Assembly (NCBI GenBank): GCA_038087875.1
Contig: JAXLNO010000587.1
Location: 62,001 to 90,234 of the forward strand
Source: Malacoraja senta
Lineage: Eukaryota
DNA: 28,234 nucleotides
Direction: 5' to 3'
The translations under genes were made by a program, and so were the position numbers. The notes below the pieces were generated by a model. That model saw nothing but the letters and a program-made list of their open reading frames with translations. It was not told where the DNA came from and did no database searches. This document shows positions 1 to 11,250 of the stretch, piece by piece. Numbering within the stretch: position 1 is the first letter of the stretch; each line of letters starts with the position of its first letter.

Positions 1-183
1 TCGTTCAAATTTTCAGAGAGATTCCAACTGTGCAAACATATAAATTAAATATAAAATATTATTAGTGCCAAGATCTAAACTGAAGTTATTGCTTAATATG
101 GCATTGGAAAAATCAGCAATAAGAATATTGCATTCACAAAATAAGTCGAAAATTTGTGTCAAATTAATGATTATTTGTAAAAA

Positions 184-363
184 AAAAAGGCACAAAGTGC
201 TGGAGTAACTCAGCAGGTCAGGCAGCAACTCTGGAGAACATGGATAGGTGACATTTCAGGATGGGATCCTTCTTTGCACTGATGAGGGGTCCTGACCCAA
301 TATGTTACTCCAGCACTTTGTGTCTTTTTAATTGTAAACCAGCAACTGCAGTTCCTTGTTTCT
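184..363. repeat. Penelope-terminus-derived palindromic short repeat
   Basis: aaaaaggcacaaagtgctggagtaac ... gttactccagcactttgtgtcttttt inverted arms. Same sequence family as the terminus of the Penelope fragment at 26239-26365 and copies at 13178-13420 and 14826-14935. Confidence 0.65.
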
Positions 364-564
364 AGTGATTATTCGTTGTTTTTCTTGGTGAAATCTGTAA
401 CCGTACATACTATAGTGGATCATAGCACCACATCTGTATTTACGCTGTTAAGCGTGTATTGCAAATGCCAGAAATTGATGTTAGTTTTAAATTGATTGCA
501 GCGAACTCTTAGGATTCAGTTTTGATATAAGATGAGCTGTCTGGAAATCCTGCAGTTAATCAAG

Positions 565-1141
565 TTCATAAGTCATAGGAGCAGAATTAGGCCTTTCAAC
601 TCATCTACTCTGCCATTCGATCATGGCTGATCCTTTTTCCCTTTTCAACCCTCTCCTGCCTTACCCCCCATAAGCTTTGACACCCTTACTAATCTATAAT
701 CTGTCAATTGCCGCTTTAAAAATACTCAATGACTTGGCCTCATTCGCCGTCTGTGGCAATGAATTCCACAGATTCACCACCTTCTGAAAAAATAAATTCC
801 TTCTCATCTCCTTTCTAAAGGTATGACCTTTTATTCTGAGGCTGTGCCCTCTGGTCCTAGACTCTCCCACTAGGGTAAACATTTTCTTCACATCTATCTA
901 GGCCTTCCACTATTCGGTAAGTTTCAATGAGATCCACCATCATCCTTCTAAACTCCAGCGAGTACATGCCCAGTGCCGTCAAACACTCATCATATGTTAA
1001 CCCAATCATCCCCGGGATCATTATTGTAAACCTCTTCTAGATTCTCTCCAACGGTAGCACATCCCTCCTCGGATATGGGACCCAAAACTGCTCGCAATAC
1101 TCCAAATGTGGCCTGACCAATGCCTTATAAAGCCTCAGCAT
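565..1141 (-). mobile_element. CR1 LINE 3' fragment
   Basis: Minus-strand ORF ...GESRTRGHSLRIKG...RRNLFFQKVVNLWNSLP... is the typical CR1 ORF2 C-terminus, followed by the 3' UTR tail. Confidence 0.9.
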
Positions 1142-1351
1142 GTTTCTATGGAAAACTGGGCAGACTTCTGTCTTGAGTCAACTTGAGATTCAACATATTC
1201 ACTTCATGACTGTAAAACCTCTAACAGTACCTTGCAGCATTTTACAAATGTGCTTAAAAATTCATAAACAAAATACATTTGTTTATATTTCATAATAGAT
1301 GATGCACGAGAGTGATGTGTGATTACTCCTGGGCATATCTGATCATACTAA

Positions 1352-1589
1352 AGGGCCTGTCCAACTTGCCGATTTTTTTCGGCGACTGCCGGCATCATTG
1401 GGTAACGTATTAGGTCACCGAAAAAGTCGCGGCGTGATGACGTAATGAAGCGCGGTGTCTCCTCAAGTGTCGCAATATTTTTTTTGTCGCCGGTGGATTT
1501 TGAAATGTTCAAAATCTTTGTGGCGACCCTGATACGTCAGTCAATGACGCCAGCAGTCGGCGAAAAAATCGCCACGTGGAACAGGCCCT
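1352..1589. mobile_element. PIF/Harbinger-type MITE
   Basis: Imperfect TIRs of ~48 bp (agggcctgtccaacttgccgattttttt... / ...aaaaaatcgccacgtggaacaggccct) flanked by a TAA TSD at 1349-1351 and 1590-1592. Confidence 0.85.
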
Positions 1590-2078
1590 TAACTAAATGC
1601 TATATCAAACTACCATGCAGATTTTTAGTACTATCTGCATGGTATTTTGATATAGCATTTAGTTATGATTGTGTGTTTATTTCCTCCGTGTAAGCCAGAC
1701 TAATTTAACATGGAGCCATAAGACTGATAAACTAACCCTGTTAATGAATGTTAATTCACATTTAACATTTTAAATGTGAAGCAATAAAAGAAAAAGTGAC
1801 ATAATTCCCAAACTAGTTGAAGTATGGGTTGTGGTTATTGTAATTATAACAAGGTTAATGAATAATTTGCTGCTGTCCAAAATGGGATGGATGGAGCCAA
1901 GATTTATAAAGGCCTGCATGTTTTTGTGATTGGTACTTGGGAATTAAATGACACTCTTTTCCACTTTGCATAACTCCTCACATTCGTAGCATTATATGAT
2001 CTACTGTTCTAATTGAAAGTGAACAAAATAACTTTGGGGAGGGCTCAATGTGGCTTGGTTGATATTTTCATCAGAGAC

Positions 2079-2298
2079 TTTAGAGATACAGCGTGGAAAC
2101 AGGCCCTTTGGTCCACTGAGTCCACGCCAATCAGCGATCACCACAAACACTAGCCAATTAACCAAAAAACCTGCACGTCTTTGGAGTGTGGGAGGAAACC
2201 AGAGCACCTGGAGAAAATCCATGCAGTCATTTCGAGAACATACAAACTCCACACAGAGAGCACCCATAGTCGGGATTGAACTTGGGTTCTGACGCTGT
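2079..2298 (-). mobile_element. tRNA-derived SINE (HE1/V-SINE-like), 5'-truncated
   Basis: Same body and tail as the copies at 12395, 14021 and 21750; degenerate box B (ggattgaac on + strand). Confidence 0.8.
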
Positions 2299-2567
2299 AA
2301 AAATTAAAATTGACTAGGAATTTGATGTTGCAACAACAACTATACTTGGACAATTCACCATTATTACTGACTGAAGCAAATTGGTAGATTCTACCCATGA
2401 ATATTAACTACATAGTCTTCATTGGCACAGAAACGTTCAATCCAGCTGGTGTTCATACTCGGTATGAGTAAATTGCAAACAAGATGGGCATTTCTTTGGA
2501 CTTTCTCTTTAATTCATCACTTAAAGAGGCTTGTAAATAATGTTTGCTGGCAGACCAGTTTTTAATT

Positions 2568-2790
2568 TTAGCACGGAAATAGACTCTTCATCGATCATCA
2601 ACCATCGATCAATCGTACACTAGTTCTATGACCTCCACACCAGGAGCAATATTTACAGAAGCCAACTAACTAACAAACCTGACAGAGTCACAGGGAGAAT
2701 GTACAAACTCTGCACAGATAGGACTAGAAGTGAGGATTGAACCCGGGTCTCTGGCACTGTAAGGCAGTGACTCCACTGCTGCACCACTGT
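2568..2790 (-). mobile_element. tRNA-derived SINE, degenerate
   Basis: Minus-strand head acagtggtgcagcagtggag...ccgggttcaatcc with A/B boxes. Confidence 0.8.
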
Positions 2791-3012
2791 ACTTAGTCCA
2801 TTTTATTTGGATCTGACAACACACTGATTGTTCTTTAAAAAGTATGCAATATTCTTTGTATATTTTTGCCATAACTTTTGTCTCCGTCTCCCCCAGCTGG
2901 CATTGCCACATTCTTTTATTTTCATCTAGACAATGGAATACTTTAGATTTTAATAAGCAGCAAAAAACGTTCAACGTTTGAGGATTTTATGCTACTGACT
3001 CTGGGTTTACAG

Positions 3013-4373
3013 CAGGCACGTGCCGTCAGGGTAGGCAAGGTAGGCAGGCACTGCCTACCCTGACTAAAATTATGAAATGGTAATTATTAAATATAAATAG
3101 TAAAGGCATGGGAGTATTATGCCTATCTAAGAGATCGATCTCTTAGGTAGGCATAATTCTCCGTGCCTTTCAAACGCAGCACTTGTAACACGCGAAGGTC
3201 TGTGCAGCCCACGTGCCGTCAGCGCTGCTTCAAGCCGTCAATGACAAGCGTAGCTGAAGGTAGCTGAAATTCTGCCTTTGCTGTACTGCGCATGCGCAGC
3301 AGCCTACTGCGCATGTGCAGCGCAAGTTTTTTGGCAGATTTTTCAAATATGGATTGTCATTATTTTAAGAGTATCTTAGGAAACAGAGAGAGAAGAATGG
3401 AGTTTGTGTACCAATAATGTGGTAAGTACATTTCTTGGTGCTTTATGTTTTTAAATACCGTATTTCCCGGGGTGGGGGGAGTGCTCCTTTCACAGTGTTT
3501 GGGGAGTCTGGCCCGGGGTAAAGTTGCGGGGAGGGCAGGAGCGTTGTGAAGGAGGGGATTGGGGCCAATAATCCACTTGCGACGCTCCGGGCACGGAGCC
3601 ACCGCATTGTGGCCGGGGAGTAAATTAGCTCAGGTGGCTGCGAGTGGCCGCTGGGACCGGACAGCCCCTTCTGCTGGTCCCCGCTCACCTCTGGCAGTGC
3701 TCTCCATCTGAAAACCTCTCTCCTGCCGCTCGACGGACTCACTCATGTCAGCCGCTCCCCGTAAATCCTTAAATTCCGACAGCGCGCTCAAGGGTCCAAT
3801 TGAGGTTACTCGGCTGTCGGAATTTAAGGATTTGCAGGAAGCGGCTGACATGAGTGAAGCTGGCGAGCGGCAGGTGAGAGGTGTTCGGACGGAGAGCACT
3901 GCCTGAGGTGAGCGGGCCGGCAGAAGGCGCTGAAGTGGCAGCCGGTTCTGCTGTCCGTGCCCGGAGCGCTGCGGCAGCGGTGAGTGAGTGAGTTACTGAC
4001 ATGACCCCCCCTCCTTCTCAACACTCCTGCCCTCCCCGCATCTTTAACCCCTGGTACATACTCTCCACACGCTGTGAAAGGAACTCTCCCTCCAATTGGT
4101 CCCTTGAATTAGTATTGTCATTCAATAAGATGACAACTGATTCAACGTGCTCCCGTTTTTCCCACCATCTCTCCACCTGCCTTCATCCTCCATCCCCCAC
4201 CCGTCCCCCATTAAAAAATGAAGGAGATTTAGAAGCCTTGGGCAAATTGAATTGTTACTTGTTTTTATTTTTTATTTTTACGGAGAGAACAATCTGCGCA
4301 TGCGCGGTTTAAGATTTTTCTTTAAAAGCCGACTGACTGCCTACCTTGAGTAATTACTCACAGCACGTGCCTG
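3013..4373. mobile_element. Non-autonomous hAT-like DNA transposon
   Basis: Termini caggcacgtgc / gcacgtgcctg, with subterminal caaggtaggcag / ctgcctaccttg. 8-bp flanks gtttacag (3005-3012) and gtttagtg (4374-4381) match 6/8. GC-rich interior with palindromes and no transposase ORF. Confidence 0.75.
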
Positions 4374-4389
4374 GTTTAGTGTATCCTTC

Positions 4390-4697
4390 CACCCCCCCCC
4401 CCCCCCCCCACCCCTGTATTCTCATCTCCCATCCTTGAGTCCTGTATTATCCCCTTTTTTCCCCACCCACCCCATCCTCTACCACCCATGTCCCTCCCTC
4501 TGACTTTACATTTCACTCCTCTAATTTCCATATCTGATATACTCTCTCCTTTTCACCTCGAGTCTTTATAACTCTCAACTGACTTGCTTTCATGTCCCAC
4601 CCCCCCACCCTCCTACATCACCTATATCCACCTCACACTTCTCTCTTCCAGCTTTCTCTCTCCCTATTCCATCAGTCTGAAGATGGGTCCCGACCCT
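4390..4697 (+). repeat. Pyrimidine-rich Penelope 3' region remnant
   Basis: C/T-rich tract ending atcagtctgaagatgggtcccgaccc, resembling the reverse complement of 26340-26460. Confidence 0.55.
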
Positions 4698-5054
4698 TTA
4701 TTTTATCTTAAAGGAAAGTAAATATTTGTCTTTTCAGTTTTATCTTTCTTCTATTTCTTTTATGCTCATGTCATATTGAATGCATTCGCATTCAATAAAC
4801 AATACTGGGAGAATGCTCCAGTTCTACAGAAATGAGTTATTAATGAGATAACAATTTTAAAAAGCACTTGTCATAGAATCACACTCCTGTAATTTTCTCT
4901 TTTTCTTGTGGTTACGGTTCATTAAACATCAGTGGATAAACAGTTGTTTAGCCGCTTGGATTAAAAGGAGAACCTTCATTCTTGTTCTTCCCCCAATTCC
5001 CAAGAAACACTTCCACAAACGGCAAAGGCCCCAGCATCCTGCTCCTTGAGATCA

Positions 5055-5225
5055 ATTCACTCTCCCCAGCTGTTACCAGGCAACTGAACTATCCTTACAA
5101 CAACTAGAGAGCAGTCCTGAGCTACTATCTACCTCATTGGAGACCCTCGGACTATCATTGATCGTATTTTACTGGACTTTATCTTGCACTAAATGTTATT
5201 TATGTTATTTCATTTATCATGTATA
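5055..5225 (+). mobile_element. Rex1/Babar-like LINE 3' fragment
   Basis: Clearly similar to 8515-8670 (ccagctgttaccaggcaactg...ttgcactaaa). Confidence 0.7.
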
Positions 5226-5567
5226 AGCCCGCAGCTGTTCACAATCTGCATTAATGATTTTTATTTTACATTTAGTTTATTACTAGACTAGGTGGGACCC
5301 GTTGGGTCCCAGCATCACACGGGAGGGCTGGTCCCCCAAAGCAATATTCCACAATTCCAATATTGGTGGCCAGTGGGCGGGGGCTTTCTGGAGCGCTAGT
5401 ATGGGTGTTGTGGGCTGAAAGGACTGGTTTCCAGAAGGCTAGTATGGACATTGTGGGCCGAATGGATTCTTGGGCTGGCAGCTCAGTCACTCAAGCCTGT
5501 TGTGCTGGCAGCTCACTCGCTCACGGTTGGTGGGCTGGCAGTTGACTCACGGCTATTCCTTGAAATT

Positions 5568-5690
5568 CCATTTCAAGCAGGGTGCAAGGCCACCAAATTC
5601 AAGTGCAGTTTCTTACCACTTCAAGCAGGGTGCAAGGCCACCAAATTCAAGTGCAGTTTCATACCATTTCAAGCAGGGTGCAAGGCCACT
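5568..5690. repeat. 48-bp tandem repeat, ~2.5 copies (inside Helitron)
   Basis: Unit ccatttcaagcagggtgcaaggccaccaaattcaagtgcagtttctta. Confidence 0.9.
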
Positions 5691-6011
5691 AAAGACAGCG
5701 AGTCGTGACCTCTCCCGACTCCATCTTGCAGGGACTGAGCCGCGCCCACACTTCTGGGTTTTATAGTCTCTCCCACCAGAAGGGGCGTGGCCTACATGGC
5801 GTGATTGACAGGAGATAGAATCTCAACATTTTTTAAACACTAATAACTCTTTTATTTTTCATCAATGGGAAAAATCCTCGGCACCTGATGAGCGGAGTGG
5901 GACACTGAGTAAGATGGCCAAAAATCACAGCCGTACGTGGTAGCATTTTGTCTAAAATCAATATAAAGCGCAAACAGGAAGTGGTCAAGATTAGACTTTT
6001 AATTATATAGA

Positions 6012-6182
6012 AGGCAAGGCAACTTTAATTAGGCAAGGCAACTTTAATTAGGCAAGGCAACTTTAATTAGGCAAGGCAACTTTAATTAGGCAAAGCAACT
6101 TTAATTAGGCAAGGCAACTTTAATTAGGCAAGGCAACTTTAATTAGGCAAGGCAACTTTAATTAGGCAAGGCAACTTTAATT
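6012..6182. repeat. 19-bp minisatellite, 9 copies (inside Helitron)
   Basis: Unit aggcaaggcaactttaatt, nearly perfect. Confidence 0.95.
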
Positions 6183-6183
6183 A

Positions 6184-6363
6184 GGCAACACAGCTTTAGC
6201 ATTTCCAAACCAAAGGCAACACAGCTTTAGCATTTCCAAACCAAAGGCAACACAGCTTTAGCATTTCCAAACCAAAGGCATCACAGCTTTAGCATTTCCA
6301 AACCAAAGGCATCACAGCTTTAGCATTTCCAAACCAAAGCCAACACAGCTTTAGCATTTCCAA
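6184..6363. repeat. 31-bp minisatellite, ~6 copies (inside Helitron)
   Basis: Unit ggcaacacagctttagcatttccaaaccaaa. Confidence 0.95.
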
Positions 6364-7446
6364 CCTATATTTTCAAACCACATTAAGGTCAGTAAAACCA
6401 CTCACAGTTTAGTAGACATGTGTTCAGTGTTATTCACAGCTCAGACTGAGAGGCGTGACCCTCTCGCTTCCCCCATCTGGCCGAGACTGACTGAGGCACT
6501 CAACACTTCCAGGTTTTATAGTCCCTCCGGAAGGGGCGTGGCCTTCAGGAGAGAGAATCTCAACATTTTTTAAACACTAATAACTCTTTTATTTTTCATC
6601 GATGGGAAAAATCCTCTTGTCCTGTGCAGCGGAAGGGGACTCTGAGTAAGATGGCCAAAAATCACAGCCGTAAGTGGCAGCGTTTTTTCTAAAATCAATA
6701 TACAGAACAACAGGAAGTGGTCAAGATCAGACTTTTAGTAATATAGATTGCCACGTGTTCTGCAGTACAGTAAAATGCTTTGTTTTGCATGCATCCAATC
6801 AAATCAGATAATACTGTGCATAAATACAATCAAACCAAAATCATGTTGCTTCAGGAGGGCTAGTGTATTGTCGAGCATGTCTGGCACTAGCTGTTTCCCT
6901 TTCTCTCTTCAACCTTCCGCGAAAGATACAGGAGCTTGACAGCTCAAACATCCAGACCGAAGAACACATTCCACAGTGCTCTCTTATTCCTGACCCAATC
7001 ATTTGTTTCACACCCTCTTGCCAGAGGTGTTGCCATATAATCTTACTCTTAACTTTACTTCTTTCAGTTATTCCGTTATTGTACGTCAATATTCTTTTGT
7101 GCGATTCAGACCTTGCACTGCATTTCCTGCATCATTCTGCTGTTTTTGCACTATTTGTTGTATTTATTGTATCTATCATTACTGTTTACTATTTGAACTT
7201 CATATGAACAAGTAATTTCATTGCACCCTGGTGTTAATGACAGTAACCGAGTCTGGATCAGAAAGAAGAATGTTGCATCTCCAGTTAACGTCAATCCGTT
7301 TTTGAATGAAACATAATCTTTTTTCAATTCAATCTACACAAAGGTAATTTGGCATGAGCTTGCCTATTTACATTTCTATAATTTGATCCAGAAATGCAAC
7401 AACCTTTCTGAATTCTGCTGCGGCTCAGTAATAATCCAGCAGGATA

Positions 7447-7790
7447 AGAAAGGGTGTAGAGAAGATTTACAAGGATGTTGCCAGGACTCAATGGCCTGAG
7501 CTATAGGGAGAGATTGAGCAGGCTGGAACTCTATTCCTTGGAGTGCAGGAGGATGAAAGGGGTTGTTACAGAGGTGTATAAAATCATGAGAGGAATAGAT
7601 CGGGTAAATACACAGACCTGAGGGGTAACTTTCTTTACACAAAGGGTGGAGGGATTTGCCAGAGGAGGTCGTTGAGGCAGGTACTATCACCGCATTTAAG
7701 AAACATTTTGACTGGTACATGGACAGGATATGTTTAGATATGAGCCAAACCATAGCCAGTTGGGATTAGTGTAGACGGGGCATGTTGGTC
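7447..7790 (+). mobile_element. CR1 LINE 3' fragment
   Basis: Degenerate CR1 ORF2 end (agggtgtagagaagatttacaaggatgttgccagg...ctgagctatagggagagattg). Confidence 0.85.
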
Positions 7791-7795
7791 AGACA

Positions 7796-8012
7796 ATCAT
7801 GGCTGATCTATTTTTCCATCTCAACCCCATTCTCCTGACTTCTCCTCGTAACCTATGATGCTTTTACTAATTAAGAACCTTTCAATCTCCACTTTAAAAA
7901 TACCAAGTGACTTGGCCTCCTCTGCCGTCTGTGGCAATGAATTCCATAAATTCACCACCTTCTGGTCACAGATATTCCTCCTGATCTCAATTCTGAGGTG
8001 GGCATTAGGCAT
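7796..8012 (-). mobile_element. CR1 LINE 3' fragment
   Basis: KVVNLWNSLPQTAEEAKSLGIFK; same subfamily as 565-1141. Confidence 0.85.
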
Positions 8013-8321
8013 TCTGAGATAGAACTCCATTTGAAGGGCCAAAATGCAAAGAAAATCCCAATAAGGTGACCAATAACTACCAAACCAAATGATGCAGCAT
8101 AATTAACGCGCTGCACTAATTTGGCATTCCATTGGAGTATCTGATAGTTAAGCCAATAATAAACAGTGCAATGGGCAAATGCTGAAACACTTGCTACAAG
8201 CATGTAGTAATCCAGACTAATTTTGGTCTGATGCATTGTGCCCATTTGCAAAATAAATTATTTTCTTATAGACATTGTAAAGTTTGTTGTTTATATCCTT
8301 CCTTATAACATGTTTAAGAGA

Positions 8322-8787
8322 TAGTGGTCTACAGCCCAGACCATCACACAAACCAACCTCCCTTCTATTGACTCCATTTGTACCTCACGCTGCCTCGGCA
8401 AGGCCAGCAGCATAATCAAGGACGAGTTGCATCCTGGCCACTCCCTCTTCTCCCCTCTCCCATCAGGCAAAAGGTATAGAAGTGTGAAAACGCACACCAC
8501 CAGATTCAGGGACAGTTTCTTTCCAGCTGTTATCAGGCAACTGATCATCCTACCGCAATCAGAGAGCAGTGCTGAACTACCATCTACCTCTTTGATGACC
8601 CTCAGACTATCCTTGATCAGACTTTGCTGGCTCTACCTTGCACTAAACATTATTCCCTTATCATATCTCTGATCTACAGTGTATCTATACACTGTAAATA
8701 GATCGATTGTAATCTTTCTGCTGACTGGTTAGCATGGAACAAAAGATTTTCACTGTACCTCGGTACACGTGACAATAAACTAAACTG
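8322..8787 (+). mobile_element. Rex1/Babar-type LINE 3' end
   Basis: HPGHSLFSPLPSGKRYRSVKTHTTRFRDSFFPAVIRQL is the Rex1/Babar RT C-terminal motif. 3' stem-loop tttcactgtacctcggtacacgtgac, then aataaa and a (ctaaa)n tail. Confidence 0.85.
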
Positions 8788-9451
8788 AGGTTTAGAAGGT
8801 CCATGAAGGCCTAAGATTTTCTGAACGAGATTTGTAGTTGATATGTTCTAATGAAGACTCGCAGTATATCAAAAAGCCATAAAAATTAGTAAATGTCAAA
8901 TAGTTCGCTGAAAGTTTTGTTGCCTTGATATTCACCTGAACTATGTTATAATGTGTATAATTTGACATTGAATCGGAAGTCTGACCAACACAAATGGTTT
9001 TGTGGTCAAAGAAAGGTACTTTCAACTCTCTTCAATAAACGTTTTGTAGTTGTATTCAGTTTTGTTTACCACACCCAGCTATGAAGACATCCAACGGAAT
9101 GTACATATTTCAGATAATTTTCTAAGTGCTCCATGTTTTGTAACTCTCCTAAAATATCTTCCTCCCCTGTAATGGCATGTCTCATTGATTTCTGTGTGGT
9201 GTCTAGGCTATCTAATATATGTTGTTCAGCTTACAATAGCCTGCAAGGGATCTTGTGTTTTAAGCACTTACATCAATGTTGCTGATGTGCTGCTTAAATG
9301 TCACTGTTAAAATGCCCAGGCCTTTGTCAGCATCTTGCTTGTAACAGGTTTAAATGCACAAGCAGTCCAGAGGTAAAGGTCTCCTACATTAAAATAGTAC
9401 TTTTGTGATTTATAATTGTTCCTCAGTAAACTGTCCTTTTAAGAAGTGATG

Positions 9452-9930
9452 GAGTCATGGCATGAAAACAGGCCCTTCAGCCCAACTTGCCTATGATGCC
9501 CCATCTGCCACTAGTCCCACCTGCCCAAATTTGGCCCATATGCCATCCATGTACCTGTCCAAATGTCTTTTAAATGTTGTTATAGTACCTGCCTCAACTA
9601 ACCCCTCTCGTAGCTCATTCCATATACCCACCACCCCCTGTGTGAAAAAGTTGCCCTTCGGGTTCCTATTGAATCTTGCCCATGTCACCTTGCACCTATG
9701 TCCTCTGATTCTTGATTTCCTCTACCCTGGGTAAAAGACTCTGTGCATTCACCTTTTCAATCCTCCTCATGATCTTATACACTCTGTACTAGCCTCCAGT
9801 TCATGATTCCCTGACTCTCGGTAAAAGACTGCATTCACCTTACCTCTTTCCCTCATGATCTTGCACAGCTCTGTAAGACCACGTCTTATCCTTGAGCGCT
9901 CCAAAGAATAAAGTGTTAGCCTGCCCAAGC
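9452..9930 (-). mobile_element. CR1 LINE 3' fragment with small internal duplication
   Basis: GNFFTQGVVGIWNEL...GTITTFKRHLDRYM on the minus strand; ggtaaaagact...ctcatgatctt occurs twice (~9730 and ~9820). Confidence 0.85.
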
Positions 9931-10139
9931 TTAATTTGAACCCAAGTTGCAAATATTCAGCTTCCAATAATCTGTTCCAATACATGTATTTGGGTCGAAG
10001 TAGATGTTCACTTCATAAGTACGATCACTTCTAGGCAACAAGCCTGAGCAGGATCCAGGCTCAGGAGAACAATTCACTTCATCTCCCTAAGTTCATCTGT
10101 CCATACCTCTCCCCGATCCTCCCGTTGTTGTTAGTAGGT

Positions 10140-11250
10140 GGGGGCGCTGCAAGCCGGCAGCCCTGCCAGCAGCGCGTTAGTTTTTTTTCTACTTTTTTTG
10201 TTTTTTTAGTGTGTCTCAATGTGTGTTTTTAATGTTTCTCTGTGTGTCTTGTGTGGGGGGTAGTGTGGGGGGGTGTGGGGGAAACTGCTTCGGTCGCCTC
10301 CTCTCGGAGAGGCGACTTTTTCCATGTCGCCTCCCTCGTGGCCTAACATAGAGGATCGGTGCGGCCTTTCCCAGAGACTTGCCCGGGGCTTCAGCCGCGG
10401 GCGCAGCGAGGACTCTTTAGTCACGGAGCGGGCGAGCCCTCACTGGCCCGCGGCAGCCTGAAGCCGCGGTCTGCGGAGCTCCAGCTGGCGCGGCGTCCGG
10501 AGCCTGGTATCCCTCGTTTGGGACCCCGGAGGAGAAGAGCTCCGACCGCCGGCCCGCGGCCTACTTCTACCGCGTGCGCGGCGGTGACTTACCATCTGGA
10601 GCGGGGTCCCTTGCCGGGGATCCCTGGAGAAGAGCTCCAACCGCCGGCCCATGGCCTACTTCATCCAGAAGCCGCGGACTGCGGTGCTTCCGGCTGGCGT
10701 GGCGTCGGGAGCCTGGGATCCCTCGTTGGGGACCCCGGAGGAGAAGAGCTCCGACCGCCGGCCCGCGGCATACTTCAACTGCGGGCGCGATGGGGACTTA
10801 CCATACGGAGCGAGGTCCCTTGCTGGGGATCGCTGGAGAGGAGCTCCGACCGCCAGCCCTGCGGTCTGCGGTGCTTCTGGCTGCGGCGCGGCGGGGACTT
10901 TTGATCTTAGACCGCCGGCCTGCGGCCTACACCATCTTGAAGCCGCGGTCTCCGGTGGGGAGGCACCGATTCAGGAGTTACCTGGACTTACCTTGTCTGC
11001 ACATCTGGACGCCTGCAGCGGCGACTGCGGAGTGTTGAGGTCCCAACCACGGGGGGGAAATGGAGGACTGACCAAATTTTGTGCCTTCCACCACAGTGTT
11101 GAATGCTGTGGTAGATGTTTGTGTTAAATTTTTATTGTGTATTGTGTGTACTTTTTTTATTGTACCGCTGCTGGCAAATTCATTTCACTGCACTTTATGT
11201 GCACGTGACGAATAAAACTGACTTGACTTGACTTGATTTGACATTGACTT
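10140..11250 (+). mobile_element. GC/CpG-rich non-autonomous retroelement with Rex1-like 3' tail
   Basis: Internal ~209-bp duplication (from 10499 and from 10708) built on gagctccgaccgccggccc. 3' end tttcactgcactttatgtgcacgtgacgaataaa followed by (acttg)n, resembling the Rex1 tail at 8748-8787. Confidence 0.6.

Larger units (their letters stand above)
5283..6747 (-). mobile_element. Non-autonomous Helitron
   Basis: On the minus strand it starts 5'-TC (TCTATATTACTAAAAG, 6747) and ends with hairpin GGGACCC-AAC-GGGTCCC (5294-5310) followed by CTAG-3' (5283-5286). Inserted between host A (5282) and T (6748) without a TSD. Confidence 0.85.

Noticed and set aside
1755..1780. Short AT-rich hairpin (also one near 4775-4796)
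   Set aside because: Short stems in AT-rich DNA are expected by chance.
6012..6363. Regular short repeats resembling a CRISPR array
   Set aside because: Head-to-tail tandem units with no unique spacers, inside a vertebrate Helitron; no cas genes.
10359..11127. Overlapping 150-180 aa ORFs
   Set aside because: Stop-poor GC-rich repeat open in several frames; low-complexity products with no recognisable domain.
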